Notes under the pieces: generated by a model
Database searches by the model: none
The model's input: the letters and a program-made list of their open reading frames with translations, nothing else
Told to the model about the DNA's origin: nothing
Program-made: the position numbers and the translations under genes
In this document: positions 12,812 to 26,865 of the stretch, piece by piece
Numbering within the stretch: the first letter of the stretch is position 1
Layout: every line of letters starts with the position of its first letter
Source: Octopus vulgaris
Lineage: Eukaryota
DNA: 64,000 nucleotides
NCBI GenBank assembly: GCA_951406725.2
Contig: OX597843.1
Span: 5,766,001 to 5,830,000, forward strand
Reading direction: 5' to 3'

Positions 12812-13150
12812 AGGTGTAGGAGTGGCTGTGTGGTAAGTAGCTTGCTTACCAACCACATGGTTCCGGGTTCAGTCCCACTGCATGGCATCTTGGGCAAGTG
12901 TCTTCTGCTATAGCCTCGGGCCGACCAAAGCCTTGTGAGTGGATTTGATAGACGGAAACTGAAAGAAGCCTGTCGTATATATGTATGTGTTTGTCCCCCC
13001 CAACATCGCTTGACAACCGATGCTGGTGTGTTTACATCCCTGTAACTTAGCGGTTCGACAAAAGACGCTGATAGAATAAGTCCTGGGGTCGATTTGCTCA
13101 ACTAAAGGCGGTGCTCCAGCATGGCCGCAGTCAAATGACTGAAACAAACA
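12812..13150 (+). mobile_element. Near full-length SINE A
   Basis: A and B boxes, CORE-like CTTGGGCAAGTG segment, linker and tail are all present. Confidence 0.9.
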
Positions 13151-13554
13151 GAAGAATAACTAAATCATTTAGTTGTTTTGACATCTATTGCCCCCTCTTT
13201 GGAAACCCCATTATCGCCCCCACATCCCTGGAGGGGCAGGTACCACTCATTTTGGGAACCACTGATCTAATGTATCCTTCCTTGTCGTTGTTGTTGTTTA
13301 AGACCTCAAATTAGTTTTGATCTAACCAACCTATATGATTAACGCTGATTGCATAATTAAACTTCATGGCCGTTCCCATAACGATGCTAATTATTGACCA
13401 GAGCATGCAATTAATATCTCTTCCTGCTTCTGCCATACTTTCTCATTACCTCCAGGAGGAAATACCGTTTCCACAACTAAAAGTATTTGGTTCTTTGTCT
13501 TCAGAGAGATATCTTAAGAGGTACATCGAAAAAAGTTAAGAAAAATCTAAATGG

Positions 13555-14222
13555 GTCCAGGTGTGGCTATGTGGTAAGAAGCTTGCTTCCCAACCACAAG
13601 GTTCCAGGTTCAATCCTACTGTGTGGCACCGAGGCCAAATGTCTTCTACTGTATTATAGCCTCAGGCTGACCAAAGCTTTGTGAGTGGATTTGGCAGACA
13701 GAAAGTGAAAGAAGCCATCGTGTATATATAAAGTGTGTCTGTATGATAAGAAGCTTGCTTCCCAACCACATGGCCCCGGCTATTGAGTGAAAACACCTAA
13801 AGTTCAACGAGGCTCTGGCAGGGGGGTGGCTGGCGACCCCTGTTGTACTCTTTCGCCCCAACTTTCTCAAGTAACGCTGCGATGGACTGGCATCCCGTCC
13901 AGCTGGGGGGGAACACATATGTCATTGAAACCGGGAAACTGGGCCCTTGAGCCTGGCTAGGCTTGAAAAGGGCGACACTTTGACCAAGTGTCTTCCAATA
14001 TAGCCTTACGCGGGGATTTGGTAGACGGAAACTGAAAGAAGCCCGTTGTATAAATATATATTTGTGTGTGTGTGTGTGTGTGTGTCTGTGTTTGTCCCCG
14101 TAAATTAACGGTTCAGCAAAAGCGGCTGATAGAATAAGTGTCAGGCTTACAAAGAATAAGTCCTGGGGTAAAGGTGGTGCTCCAGCATGGCCACAGTCAA
14201 ATGAGTGAAACAAGTAAAAGAA
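13555..14222 (+). mobile_element. SINE A pieces flanking a V-domain-like SINE fragment (about 13780..13975)
   Basis: CTGCGATGGACTGGCATCCCGTCCAG resembles the V-SINE domain. Confidence 0.6.
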
Positions 14223-15167
14223 GTGTCCTTTGTAGTAAGTGTAAACTAGGGATGTCTGCATAACGAGAGGGTTTTTATTTTCAAAGCCACGGGGTAAAAC
14301 TGCTTTCCGCAGTTAACAGGAATAAAATTCTGAGCAGACGTATCCGGTTTCAGCATTCAAAGGTTTAATGAGGATTTCATCAAGTGGAGAGAAAAAAAAA
14401 ACAGTAAGAATTAACAGCAACTGGTGTCACTTAATTGTATATGTGTGGTTAGGTGAAAATGAGGTGTGGTCTAACGACAGGAAATCATTTTAAATGATCC
14501 ACCGTGTCTAAAAGAAAAAAAAAAAATAACTGTTTTTATTTTTCTTGAGAAAGTCTTGCCTTGAGAGATTCTTGTAAACATCCACATCATCTATGGAAAC
14601 TTATCTATGACACAACCTGAATTGTATAAAGCAGTGGCTCTCAACTATTTTTGAGAAGACCCAGCAAGCCAAATGAGACCATAACCTTGTGGCCTATGCC
14701 AGGGGCGCAACCAGCCCACTTATGCGTAACCTTTCCTTCATTGGACACTAAACTCTGCTTGTGAAGACCTGTTGAGGCAAGTGAAATCAAAATCGAAATT
14801 TGATGACTGGCATCCATGCTAGCGAGGTGCAAAGAGCACCATACGAGTGTGATCGTTGACAGAGCGGCTAACCGGCTTCCGTGCCAGTAGCACATAAAAG
14901 TCACCAGCGTCCCCTTACTGGCACTCGAGCCCCGTGCTAGTAGGGTGCCATGAGCACTATCCAAGGGTGATTGTTACCAGCATCGCCTTACTGGCACGTG
15001 TAAAAAGATTCGAACGAGGTCGTTGCCAGTACTGCCTGACTGGCCCCCATGCTGGTGGCATGTAAAAAGCACCCACTACACTTTCAGAGTGGTTGGTGTT
15101 AGGAAGGGCATCCAGCTGCAGAAACTCTGCCAGATCAAGATTGGAGCCTGGTGCAGCCATCCTTAAA

Positions 15168-15400
15168 CAACCCTTATTCAGGGACCTTTTGAGCAGGATG
15201 GGTTACTCGACCAGAAGAAAATTCTAACTGGGCCCCACCTGCAAGGTCATGTGCTGTTTATCTTGATATGGGATCACCACGTCACGCATATATGGTTGTG
15301 TCTGGTGTACCCTTATCAGACAGGTAGTCATTATGGGTATACTGGGCTTCCTATATTTAACCCCAGTGTCATACACTGCTCTCTCACTCAATAATAATAA
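15168..15400 (+). mobile_element. Unclassified retroelement 3' end with an (AAT)n tail; inverted longer copy at about 17875..18385
   Basis: cccttattcagggaccttttgag...ccccagtgtca matches the reverse complement of 17882..18092. Confidence 0.6.
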
Positions 15401-18400
15401 TCCTTTTTCCTAGGGCACAAGACCTAAAATTTTGGGCAGGGGGATAAGCTGATTACATTGACCCTGGTGTTCAACTAGTACTTATTTCATTGACCTCGGC
15501 AGCATTTGAACTCGGAACATAAAGATGGATAAAATGCCGCTAAGTACTTTGCCCAGCGTGCAAAGTATTCTGCCAGCTCACCGGTTTAATAATAATAACA
15601 ATGGTTTCCTTCATTTGTCACCAGTACAATACAAAAAGAAAATAATAAAACCAAAAAATAAAAATGCCATTGTGAAATTGAGGCTAATAAGAATTCTCAA
15701 ATTACAACGATGATGGCTACGATACTAACAGTGAAATAACAAGAACAACAAGAACGGAAGGTTCCTTCATTAGCTACAAGAGGGCACAAATAATTTGCCA
15801 GCCGTTCATTAATATCCAATGAGCAAAAAAACAAAAAAGAAAGATAAAAATACAGGAAAAGAATTAAAAAAAAAAAGCAACTTATGCTTCTATTATAAAT
15901 CTTTAATTTTTAATGCAACGCATTGTATCAGCAAACACATGAATTATTGACAAACTGCATAATAACAATAATAATAATGAATAAAAATAATAATTATGAT
16001 GACAATGACAAAACTATAATGATGGTATAGTGGTTTTCTATTTCGCTAGGCGCAACAGCAGCCCCTGTAGCAATGACAGCAGCATTAGTAGTAGTAGTAG
16101 TAGCAGCAGCAGTAACACTACCACAACAATGGCTTCTGTTGCTGCTGCCACAACAGCATTTAATCATTAAAGACACAGTCTGTTGTTTTCCTAATTCATA
16201 TACAGAAAATTTCCTACATAGTAGTAGCAGTAGTAATAGTAGTTGTTGCTGTTTAGCGCCCCCCCCCCGCCCCCCCAACGAGTTAGTTCTGATCGGAGAC
16301 ATTCCAGCCATGATCATCCAGTATGTCTGTTATGTGGTTTTGCTCTCGATGTCTACCCTGCACCGAATCCACCCTCCCTCTATGGCTACACCGGGAAAAA
16401 AAAATGTGTCTTTTTCGGTAATTAAAAAGACGAAATGTTAAGGTGCAACACTAGGCTGCTATTTCTAGCAAACTTGAGTGACCATACAAAAGCAACACCA
16501 CCAACACAATTCAAAAACATGCTTGTGTTGTAATGGAATGTTTCACTTGACCTTGTGTCAAGATTAACAACAACAACAATAATAATAATAACAATCCTTT
16601 GTACAAAAACGGGAGGATGAAAAACAAAAAATAATAACCTTTTCTACTGAAGGCACAAGGCCTGGTCGATTACATTGACCCCAGTGCATAACTGGTACTT
16701 AATTTAACAACACCAAAAGGATGAAAGGCAAAGTGGACCCTGGTGGAATTTGAACTCAGAACATAACGACAGGCGAAATACCTATTTCTTTACTACCCAC
16801 AACGGGGACAGACAAGGGGACAAAGTGGATTAAGTCGACCCCAGTGTGTAACTGGTACTTATTTAATCGCTCCTGAAAGGATGAAAGGCAAAGTTGACCT
16901 CACAATCACAAGGTTGTAAGTTCAATTTCCGAACCAAGCAGTGTGCTGTGTTCTTGAGCAAGACACTTTATTTTCATGTTGCTCCGGCTCACTCAGCTGT
17001 AGGAATGAGATGCAATGTCACTGGTGCCAAGCTGTATCGGCCCCTTTGCCTTGGACATCATCAGTGGATGGAGAGCGGAGGCTGGTATGCATTGGTGACT
17101 GCCGGTCTTCCAGAAACAACCCTGCATGCACCTGTGCCTTGTATAGGAACTTTCTAGGTGCAATCCCATGGTCATTCATAACCAAAGTGGGTCTTTACCC
17201 TTTGACCACATGGACCATCACCAACAGATTTGGTACCCTTTTTTTTAATGAGGTTGGAGTGACAACAAAAACTGCATAAATACAAAATCTGTTCAAAAAC
17301 ACAGAGCAAAGATCATTTCAAAGGTTCTCGACATCTAAGGAACTAAGTCCTGACTTGGTAACCCGGCCCTTAATTCCAAATGTAATACACCTGTCCATAC
17401 CATTAAACAGCAATAATCCTTTCCAACTTTGGCACAAGGCCAGCAATTTAAGGGGAAAGCAGTCAGTTGATTATACTGACCCCAGGGCTCAACTAGTGCT
17501 TAATTTATCGACCCTGAGAGAGTGAACAACAAAGCTGACCGTGGTTGGATTTGAACTAAGAATGCAAAGAACTGGTAAAAAGTGTTGCAAGTATTTTATT
17601 CAACAATCTAACATTTCTGCCAGCTCAACACTATAATAATAATAATGCCATTACTGCCTAACCATCCTCTGTGCCGGTGGCACGTAAAAAGCACCCACTA
17701 CATTCTCGGAGTGGTTGGTGTTAGGAAGGGCATCCAGCTGTAGAAACCCTGCCAGATCAGATGGGATGTCTGGTGCAGCCATCTGGTTCACCAGCCCTCA
17801 GTCAAAATTGTTCAACCCATGCTAGCATGGAAAGCGGATGTTAAATGATGAATAATAATAATCATGATGATGGCCATCAAAGTGACACTGGGGTAAAATA
17901 TATGAAGCCCAGTATACCCATCATGACTACTGTCTGATATGGGTACACCAGGCACATGCATCACAACCATATGTGCACCACATGGTGATCTCATATCAAG
18001 ATAAACAGCACATGACCTTGCAGGTGGGGCCGAGTTAGAATTTTCTTCTGGTCGAGTAACCCATCCCACTCAAAAGGTCCCTGAATAAGGGTTGTTTAAG
18101 GATGTTGAAAGAACCACCCATGTTTCCAAAGGTGAATTATTCAAACCCCAAAGAATTCCTCTCAACACATGGCTATGATTTTCCCCCACTACTTCTGCTC
18201 GTGATCAGAGATGCACATATCGTCAGCCACTAAGGGACATGCTCAACTGGTTATGGTCAAACAACTGACAAACAAATCTGTGATATGGAGTAGAATATTT
18301 GCTGTAGCCCATCTTTTATACCAAGACAAAACAATGTACATGATAACACTTCGAAGCCACGAGAGCCACTGTCTGGTACGGCATAATAATAATAATGGTG

Positions 18401-18991
18401 ATTGATTTCAAATTTTTGCCACAAGGGCAGGGGATGATTCGATTACATCAACCCCAGTATTCAACTGGTACTTATTTTATTGACCTCAAAAGGATATGTT
18501 GACCATGGCGGAATTTGAACTCAGATCATAGCTATGGGTGAAATACCACTAAGTGTTTTGCCCGGCATGCTAACAATTCTGCCAGCTTGCCGTCATAATG
18601 ATGATGATCATCATCATCATCGTTTAACGTCCGTTTTCCGCGCTAGCACGGGTTGGACGGTTTCGACCGGGGTCTGGGGAGCTCGGGACTGCCCCAGGCT
18701 CCAGTCTAGTCTGGCAGTGTTTCTACAGCTGGATGCCCTTCCTAACGCCAACCACTCCGCGAGTGTAGTGGGTGTTTTTTACGTGCCACCTGCACAGGTG
18801 CCAGAGGGGTCTGGCATCGGCCACGTTCGGATGGTGCTTTTTATGGGGGGGTGCAGAAATATAGGGGAGCACCAGTGGGAGGGGTGGTTCAGAGGACAGG
18901 TACTAGTCAAGTAGAACGTAGGATATCGAGAGAGGGGTAATGCATGGTGAAATAGCGTATTGAATGATAATAATAATAATACAGTTCTATA

Positions 18992-19197
18992 TGGCGTTGT
19001 GGTTAAGAGCGTAGGCTGCTAACTCCAAGATTCCGAGTTTGATTCCAAGCATCGACCTGAATACAAATAATAATAAAATACCTTAGGAATGAGAACCCAG
19101 GTTCGAAATTTCCCCCAAGACACCTGAAGGGTCTATCAGCCGAAACGATGTGTTAACAACAAACAAGATGAGGACAAATATCCGTCAAATGTAAATA
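18992..19197 (+). mobile_element. tRNA-headed element carrying a degenerate hammerhead-like motif
   Basis: GGCGTTGTGGTTAAGAGCG...GAGTTTGATTCC gives A/B-box-like sequence, followed by ACAC-CTGAAGG...GCC-GAAAC-GA-TGTGT. Confidence 0.5.
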
Positions 19198-19904
19198 CTT
19201 CCCCATTATCATTGTTTAATGTCCACTTTCCATGGGTTGGATGATTTGACTGAGGTCTGGCAGAGCTTCTACAGCTGGATGCCCTTCCTAGCGTCAACCA
19301 CTCTGAGAGTGTAGTGGGTGCTTTTACGTGCCACCAGCACAAGGGCCAGTGAAGTGGTACTGGCAACAGACATGCTCAGATGGTGCTTTTTATGTGCCAC
19401 CTAAATATCCCCTGTGTATTATACTCGAGGATTTACAGTACTTATTCTATCAGACCATTTTGCCGAACTGCTAAGTTTCAGGGACATAAACACACTGACA
19501 TTGGCTGTCAAGCGATGGTGGAGGGACAAACACACACACATATAAATATATATAACATTGGACTCTCTTGTCATTAGAACAACCACACAGATGATTTGTT
19601 TATATAGAGGTCAAATGCTTGTGTAGACATAAGCTCAGTCGCTCCATCAAATTGACATCACCTGTACAGGGAGCAACTGGGTGCCACATGGCAGATGTTG
19701 AAATGATTGCAGAGCAAAGTGAAATGAAGTGCTTTGCTCAAAAACACAACATAACGCCTTGTCTGGGTATCGAACTCACAATCTCATAATCGTGAGTGCA
19801 ACACCTTAACCACTAAGCCATGCTCCTTCTTTCAGTTTCCGCCTACCAAATCCATTCGCAAGGCTATAGTAGAAGAAAATTTGAACTCACAGTCTATAGA
19901 TAGA

Positions 19905-20378
19905 AGTCTTGTATTATAGCCTCAGGCTGTCCAAAGCCTTGTGATTGGATTTGGTAGACGGAAACTGAAAGAAGCCCATCGTATATATATATATATATAT
20001 AGGCGCAGGAGTGACTGTGTGATAAGTAGCTTGCTTACAAACCACATGGTTCCGGGTTCAGTCCCACTGCGTGGCACCTTCGGCAAGTGTTTTCTGCTAT
20101 AGCCTCAGGCTGACCAAAGCCTTGTGATTGGATTTGGTAGACGGAAACTGAAAGAAGCCCATCGTATATATATGTGTGTGTGTATGTTTGTCGCCCCCAA
20201 CATCACTTGACAATCGATGCTGGTGTGTTTACGTCCCCGTAACTTAGTAGTTCGCCAAAAGGGACCAATAGAATAAGTACTAGGCTTACAAAGAATAAGT
20301 CCTTGGGTCGATTCGCTCGACTAAAATGCGGTGCTCCAGCATGGCCACAGTCAAATGACTGGAACAAGTAAAAGAGAG
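19905..20378 (+). mobile_element. SINE A with a partial second head
   Basis: Duplicated ccaaagccttgtgattggatttggtagacgg block separated by (TA)n. Confidence 0.85.
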
Positions 20379-20973
20379 TATATATATATATGTACAGGTA
20401 TGGCTGTGTGATAAGAAGCTTGTCCAAGGTGCCATGCAGTGGGACTGAACCCGGAACCATGTGGTTGGGAACCAAGCTTCTTACCACACAGCCATGCCTA
20501 TGTTTAGATTTTTTTTGGTGGGGAGGGCGTTTCAGTCAAGGGACTGTGACTAGGCTTTTGTGTACATATTTTATCAATCTCTATTTATTGAACTACTAAG
20601 TTACAGGAGATGAGGGAACAGAGCCTGAAGAACAATACCAGATACTGGAGCAGAGTAAATAAACACACGCCATAATATACACTCACACACATAAACACAG
20701 TGTGTGTGTATATACACAAAATATATATATAAGATGCTTCTGCAATTTCTCTTCATACATTGTGAGCCAATGTATATAAATACATTATATACACCTGAGC
20801 CAATGTATATAAATACATTATATACACCTTATTTGGATACATAAAACATATACACACATTACATGTGAGTATCAGACATCCTCTTTCTCTCTCTATGTGG
20901 GTGTGTGTATATATATATGTGGTTATCTGCATATAGACACACATCAGATGTGAAAATGAGGACATCAACAAAC

Positions 20974-21009
<36 letters not shown>

Positions 21010-21011
21010 AT

Positions 21012-21128
21012 ATCTGTAAATATAATATATGACAATTATTCGGCAGCCAAGATAAAACTCTGAGTTTCGGATACTGAGGAGTTTTATCATGGCTACCATA
21101 TAATTGTCATATATTATATTAACAGATA
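21012..21128. repeat. Imperfect fold-back (inverted repeat) of about 115 bp
   Basis: aatataatatatgacaattat / ataattgtcatatattatatt is a perfect 21-bp pair, with inner gataaaactc / gagttttatc. Confidence 0.8.
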
Positions 21129-21190
21129 AATTCCTCTATTTTCATAATATCGAGGTCTCCTTCATTCTTTTGTTGTCTTACCATTTCCAT

Positions 21191-21231
<41 letters not shown>

Positions 21232-21351
21232 GGCAGACGTACTTGTATATACTCGGCACTCTCGATACATCCATAGCATGGAGAATCACCCATTCATAGA
21301 TGCAGACAAAATGCTTCTAAAATGAATGGGAAGAAGCTGTTACAACTACTA

Positions 21352-21388
<37 letters not shown>

Positions 21389-21840
21389 CAGGAGGTCAAT
21401 GAATCTATGAGAAACAACTAGAAGAGAGGATGGTGAGAGTGGCGGTGGTGGTTGAGGAGATGTCGATGAAGGTGGCGAAGACAGTGGTGGTGATATTGGG
21501 GGCAATGATGATGATGATTGTGATGGTGTCGCTGGTGGCTTATGGTGCCGATGATGATGGTGGCAATTGGTTATCATCGCAGTATTGACGATGACGATGA
21601 TGACAGCAGCGACTATGACGATGCTGTTACTGCTGATGATGATGGTGAATATGTTTGGCACAGCTAACGATGATGATGATGATGGTGGTGGTGGTGGAGG
21701 CAGAAATCTGAGGCCAGCAGGTATATAACAACATCAACAACAACAGCATGAACAAGGAAGCCATTGAATAAATGGCAAGAAACATCTCGAAGAATAAAGA
21801 TGATGACGGTGGCGACAAGGAGGACGGAGTTGGCAGGTAA

Positions 21841-22416
21841 ATACACACACACATATATAGACATACACATATACACATACATAAATATATACATACACAC
21901 ATATATATATATATATACATACACACACATATATATATAAATATATACATACACACACACATATATATATAAATATATACATACACACACACACATATAT
22001 ATATATAAATATATACATACACACACACATATATATATATAAATATATACATACACACACACATATATATATAAATATATACATACACACACACACATAT
22101 ATATATATAAATATATACATACACACACATATATATATACATACACACATATATATATAAATATATACATACACACACATATATATATATATACATACAC
22201 ACACATATATATATATACATACACACACATATATATATAAATATATACATACACACACACATATATATATAAATATATACATACACACACACACACACAT
22301 ATATATATAAATATATACATACACACACATATATATATACATACACACATATATATATAAATATATACATACACACATAAACATATATATGTATATACAC
22401 ACACACACACATATAT
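21841..22416. repeat. Compound (TA)n/(CA)n minisatellite with a period of about 30-36 bp
   Basis: Repeating ataaatatatacatacacacacacatatatat unit; this explains the long C/V/Y/I ORFs. Confidence 0.95.
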
Positions 22417-24149
22417 GATAGTGAGAAAGGAGAGGAGAGGGGTATTTCACAATTGCTTCAAGGAGAACAGTAAATATGGAAATATGAAGAAGAGAGAGAG
22501 AGAGGTGGAGGGGGGAGGCAAGTAATTTAAAATGCAGAAAATTCTCAACAAAAGAATTGTCTTAGGGTCGGAATAAAGAAAATGGTACAGACACAGTATA
22601 CATACATATATATGTATGTATATATATATATATATATAAAACACAGATATCTATTCATTCAAAGAGAGCAAGCCACTATATTACAAATATATATATATAT
22701 ATATACACATGTTCTGCACAATTAATTTAGTAGTCATCATCATCAGGTGCCAGTTGAGATCTGGGTTCAATGTAGTCGAATTTACCTCAACTACCCTAAA
22801 AACATCAATATTAATATGATCAGTATTGTATCTATAATTATATATATATACATACATATACACACACACTTGTATATGTGTGTGTATATATATACATACA
22901 CATATATATGGATGAATATAAACATTTATACAATGTACGTATCCTCTACATATATTAAACACAGTCACATCATTTATATAATATATACATGCTCACACAC
23001 ACATACATGTGTATAAACATATTTATACAGTACATATATTAAACACAATCCCGATAGATATATACAAATGTACAGAGGCATGCATATACACACACACACA
23101 CCTTGCTCACTGGAATAGGAATCACGTGGGGGTGGGGTATGGAAGTGAGGGGGATCAACAGCAATGGAAGAAGGGTATTCACATAATTTATCACCTTCTT
23201 CCTAAATTGATAGAGAGAGATAGATAGACAGGTAGATAGAGAATAGGTACAGAGAAAGTGATAGACAGCAGATATACATATATAGAGATAGCTTAATATG
23301 AAGTATATTTTATAGACTGACACACATAAATATGGATGTATAATATATATATGTGTGTGTGAGTGCATTCATGACAGAGCAGAACACGAGATGCCTGATA
23401 AAAATACTCCTGTTTCAGTTCTATACTCCATGAAATGTACTGAGTTCTTGCCTCATTTGGTTAATGTATTCATAGGTGTACATAGACATATATACAAACA
23501 CACACACTCATATATTCACAGCTATACATAAATACAACAACACACACACACAAAGTGTATAAACAAGACATAATCAATTCATCATGGAGATTGTGTATAT
23601 ATTAAGTGAGTGTGTGTACAAGTCCATAAATATATATATGCATGTATGTGTATATATATGTAAATGTGTTTGTATGTGTATATATATGTAAATGTGTTTG
23701 TATATATATATGTGTGTGTGCTAGTATGTATATAGTTAAGCATTTAATAATTCCCATTCACAACTGAGATTTATATATACACACACACAGAGAGAGAGGC
23801 ACGTGCTTTATCTTTCAGACAACCATAATATTATACATACATTCATAAATATATATTATGCGCATAAATATATAACAGACAATATTATATACATATGTAT
23901 AATACATACAATATATATACATAAATATATATATATATACATATTTATGTATATATATGCACACACACACACATGTTGTATGGCATTTTAAATGAAAATT
24001 AGAAGAATGGAAAGAAACGGTTAAGGCATTGGGGGGTGGGGGTCATTTTCAAGAATTCCATTTCAGCATTTTATCAGAAATTTTTTTATATATAATTATT
24101 ATTATTATTATTATTATCAATTTACATTAAAGTCACAAGCTTACCTCTT

Positions 24150-24932
24150 CTTGTTGTTGTTATTTAGCCCCAGGTCAGTCCTAATCCAGCAGGCCTGTGT
24201 CCAAAATATCTTACTCTCATGACCATCCTGTCTTTTATTCAGACACAGTATACCTAAGACTACATCATCTAATGTGTCCTTCCCACTCTGGGTTTTTTTA
24301 GCCCCAGGTCAATCCTGATCCAGCAGACCTATGATCAAAGACGTTCCAGCTGTGACCATCCTGTCTTTTATTCAGACATAATACACAGTATATCTAGGAC
24401 TACATTATCCAATGTCTCCTTCCTCTGGTGTTGTTTAGCCCAGGGTCAACCCTGATCCAGCAGAGTTATAGTCAAAATATTCTCGTTTTATGACCATCTT
24501 GTATTCCTAGATATACATAGGCTATCTAGGAATACATTATCCAATGTGTCCTTCTTGCTTGATGTTGTTTAGCCCCAGGTCAGTCCTGATCCAGTAGACC
24601 TATGATCAAAGATGTTCCAGCTGTGACCATCCTGTCTTTTATTCAGGCATAGTGTACCTAGGACTACATTATCTAATGTGTCCTTCCTTGTTGTTTAGCC
24701 CCAGGTCAGTCCTGATCCAGCAGACCTATGATCAAAGACGTTCCAACCGTGACCATCCTGTCTTTTATTCAGGCATAGTGTATCTAGGACTACATTATCT
24801 AATACATCCTCCCATGTCATGAAGCTGTAGGGCAGTCTTGATCCAGCAGACCTATAATTAAAGACGTTCCAGATATGACGATCCCATCTTACATTCAGAC
24901 ACGGTCTATCTTGGACTACATTATCTAATGTA
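24150..24932 (-). repeat. About 6 tandem copies (about 120-135 bp) of the family C tail module
   Basis: tttagccccaggtcagtcctgatccagcagacctatgatcaaagacgttccagctgtgaccatcctgtc...ctacattatctaat is repeated. Confidence 0.9.
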
Positions 24933-25249
24933 ACATTTCTTTTCTTAAAAAAGAAAGAGCAAGGTGTAATTTGAGAGTGACGCGAGTGCTATTTCTAGCA
25001 GGCCTGGCTGCCATGTAGAGGCAGATGTCTGCGAGGAATGCAGATAGGTGTGTGTTCAGAGTAATCTTGCTCCGTACTGGACTGACGTGACTTGGAGTGG
25101 AGTGAGAGTGAGAGGAGGGGGAGGAGGAGATAGGCATGAGTGGGAGTAAGAGTGAATTAATATGAGCAGAAAGAGATGGTAGGAGGGGGTGAGCGGAGAG
25201 AGCTTGCAGAAGGTGAGTAGAGAGAAGAGTAATAGTGGAGATAGGTAGA

Positions 25250-25720
25250 GAGAGAGAGAAATAAAATCAAGAGAGATAGTGTATGTGTCTGTGAGTGTGT
25301 ATATATACACACACGTATACACATATAGAGAGAAAAGCAAAAAGAGAGACAGGTGTAGAGAAAGAAGTCGAGACAAAGAGAGAGAGAAACAAAATCAGGA
25401 GAGATAGTGTGTGTGTGTATGTGAGTGTGTATATATACACACATTTACATATATGTATATATACGGAGAAGAGCAAGAAGAGAGACAGAAGTAGGGAGAG
25501 AAACAAAATCAGGAGAGATAGTCTATATATACACACATATATATGTATGTATATATAGAGAGAAAAGCAAAAAGAGAGACAGGTGTAGAGAAAGAAACAA
25601 AATCAGGAGAGATAGTGTATATATACACACATATACATATATGTATATATAGAGAGAAGAGCAAAAATAGAGACAGGTGTAGAGAAAGAAGTAGGGACAA
25701 AGAGAGACAGACAGACATAT
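25250..25720. repeat. Degenerate GA/TA-rich tandem repeat of about 110-130 bp
   Basis: The anchor aaaatca(a/g)gagagatagt recurs at about 25263, 25391, 25505 and 25599. Confidence 0.75.
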
Positions 25721-25800
25721 GCATATATAGATATATATATTAATATTTAGCAGAAGCAACAAAGTGACTCAAGGGCCAACAGTTTCGTGCATTGGCACTT

Positions 25801-25837
<37 letters not shown>

Positions 25838-25845
<8 letters not shown>

Positions 25846-26110
25846 ACCGACCAGACCATCAGACGTTGTTACACATCGCTGGTCACAATGCACTTCGCAT
25901 GACGCCACCCCGCTGGCTAAGCGAGCAGGCCAACAGAAGAAGGAGTACAGCAGGGATCACCACCCACCCACCCCCGCCCTGCCAGAGCCTCGTGGAGCTT
26001 TTAGGTGTTTTCGCTCAATAAACACTCACAACGCCCGGTCTGGGAATCGAAACCGTGATCCTACAACTGTGAGTCCGCTGCCCTAACCACTGGGCCATTG
26101 CGCCTCCACA
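25838..26110 (-). mobile_element. tRNA-derived SINE (Arg-like head, family E)
   Basis: Minus strand: GGAGGCGCAATGGCCCAGTGGTTAGGGCAGCGGACTC...GGTTTCGATTCCC. Related heads occur at 30990..31072, 36775..36855 and 58075..58112. Confidence 0.75.
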
Positions 26111-26489
26111 TATACATACGTAAATAGGTGTAAAACAATAGACACAGTATATCTAAGGCTACATTATCTAACGTGTCCTTCCCACTCTGGTGTTGTTTAG
26201 CCCCAGGTCAATCCTGATCCAGCAGACCCTATGATCAAAGACGTCCCAGCTGTGGCCATCCTGTCTTTTATTCAGACATAATACACAGTCTATCTAGGAT
26301 TACATTATCTAATATGTGTCTGTGTAGTTCTCACTACATATATATATATACATGTATGTATATATTTATGGAGAAAGAGAGAGAGAGAGAAGGAGGAAGA
26401 TATTGATAGTAGTATGTTTTTGTTTGGAATGAAACAAAGGAATGTGTGTGTGTATATATATCCATATACACATATGTGTGTATATACTC

Positions 26490-26865
26490 TTTACTCTTTT
26501 ACTTGTTTCAGTCATGTGACTGTGGCCATGCTGGAGCAGTGCCTTTCGTCGAGCAAATCAACCCCGGGACTTATTCTTTTGTAAGCCAAGTACTTATTCT
26601 ATTGTTCACTTTTGCCGAACCGCTAAGTTACGGGGACGTAAACACACCAGCATCGGTTGTCAAGCGATGTTGGGGGGACAAACACAGACACATACATATA
26701 TACAACAGGCTTCTTTCAGTTTCCGCCTACCAAATCCACTCACAAGGCTTTGATCGGCCCAAGACTATAGTAGAAGACATTTGCCCAAGGTGCCACGCAG
26801 TGGGACCGAACCTGGAACCATGTGGTTGGTAAGAAAGCTACTTACCACACAGCTACTCCTACGCC
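26490..26865 (-). mobile_element. Full-length SINE A
   Basis: Complete head, linker and tail. Confidence 0.9.

Noticed and set aside
21627-22450. 238-261-aa C/V/Y/I/M ORFs (likewise 43988..44866)
   Set aside because: Microsatellite read-through, open in several frames at once.
26035-26110. tRNA gene candidates (also 31000..31072, 18992..19050 and the SINE A heads)
   Set aside because: A and B boxes are present but no complete cloverleaf or acceptor stem, and they continue into SINE bodies.
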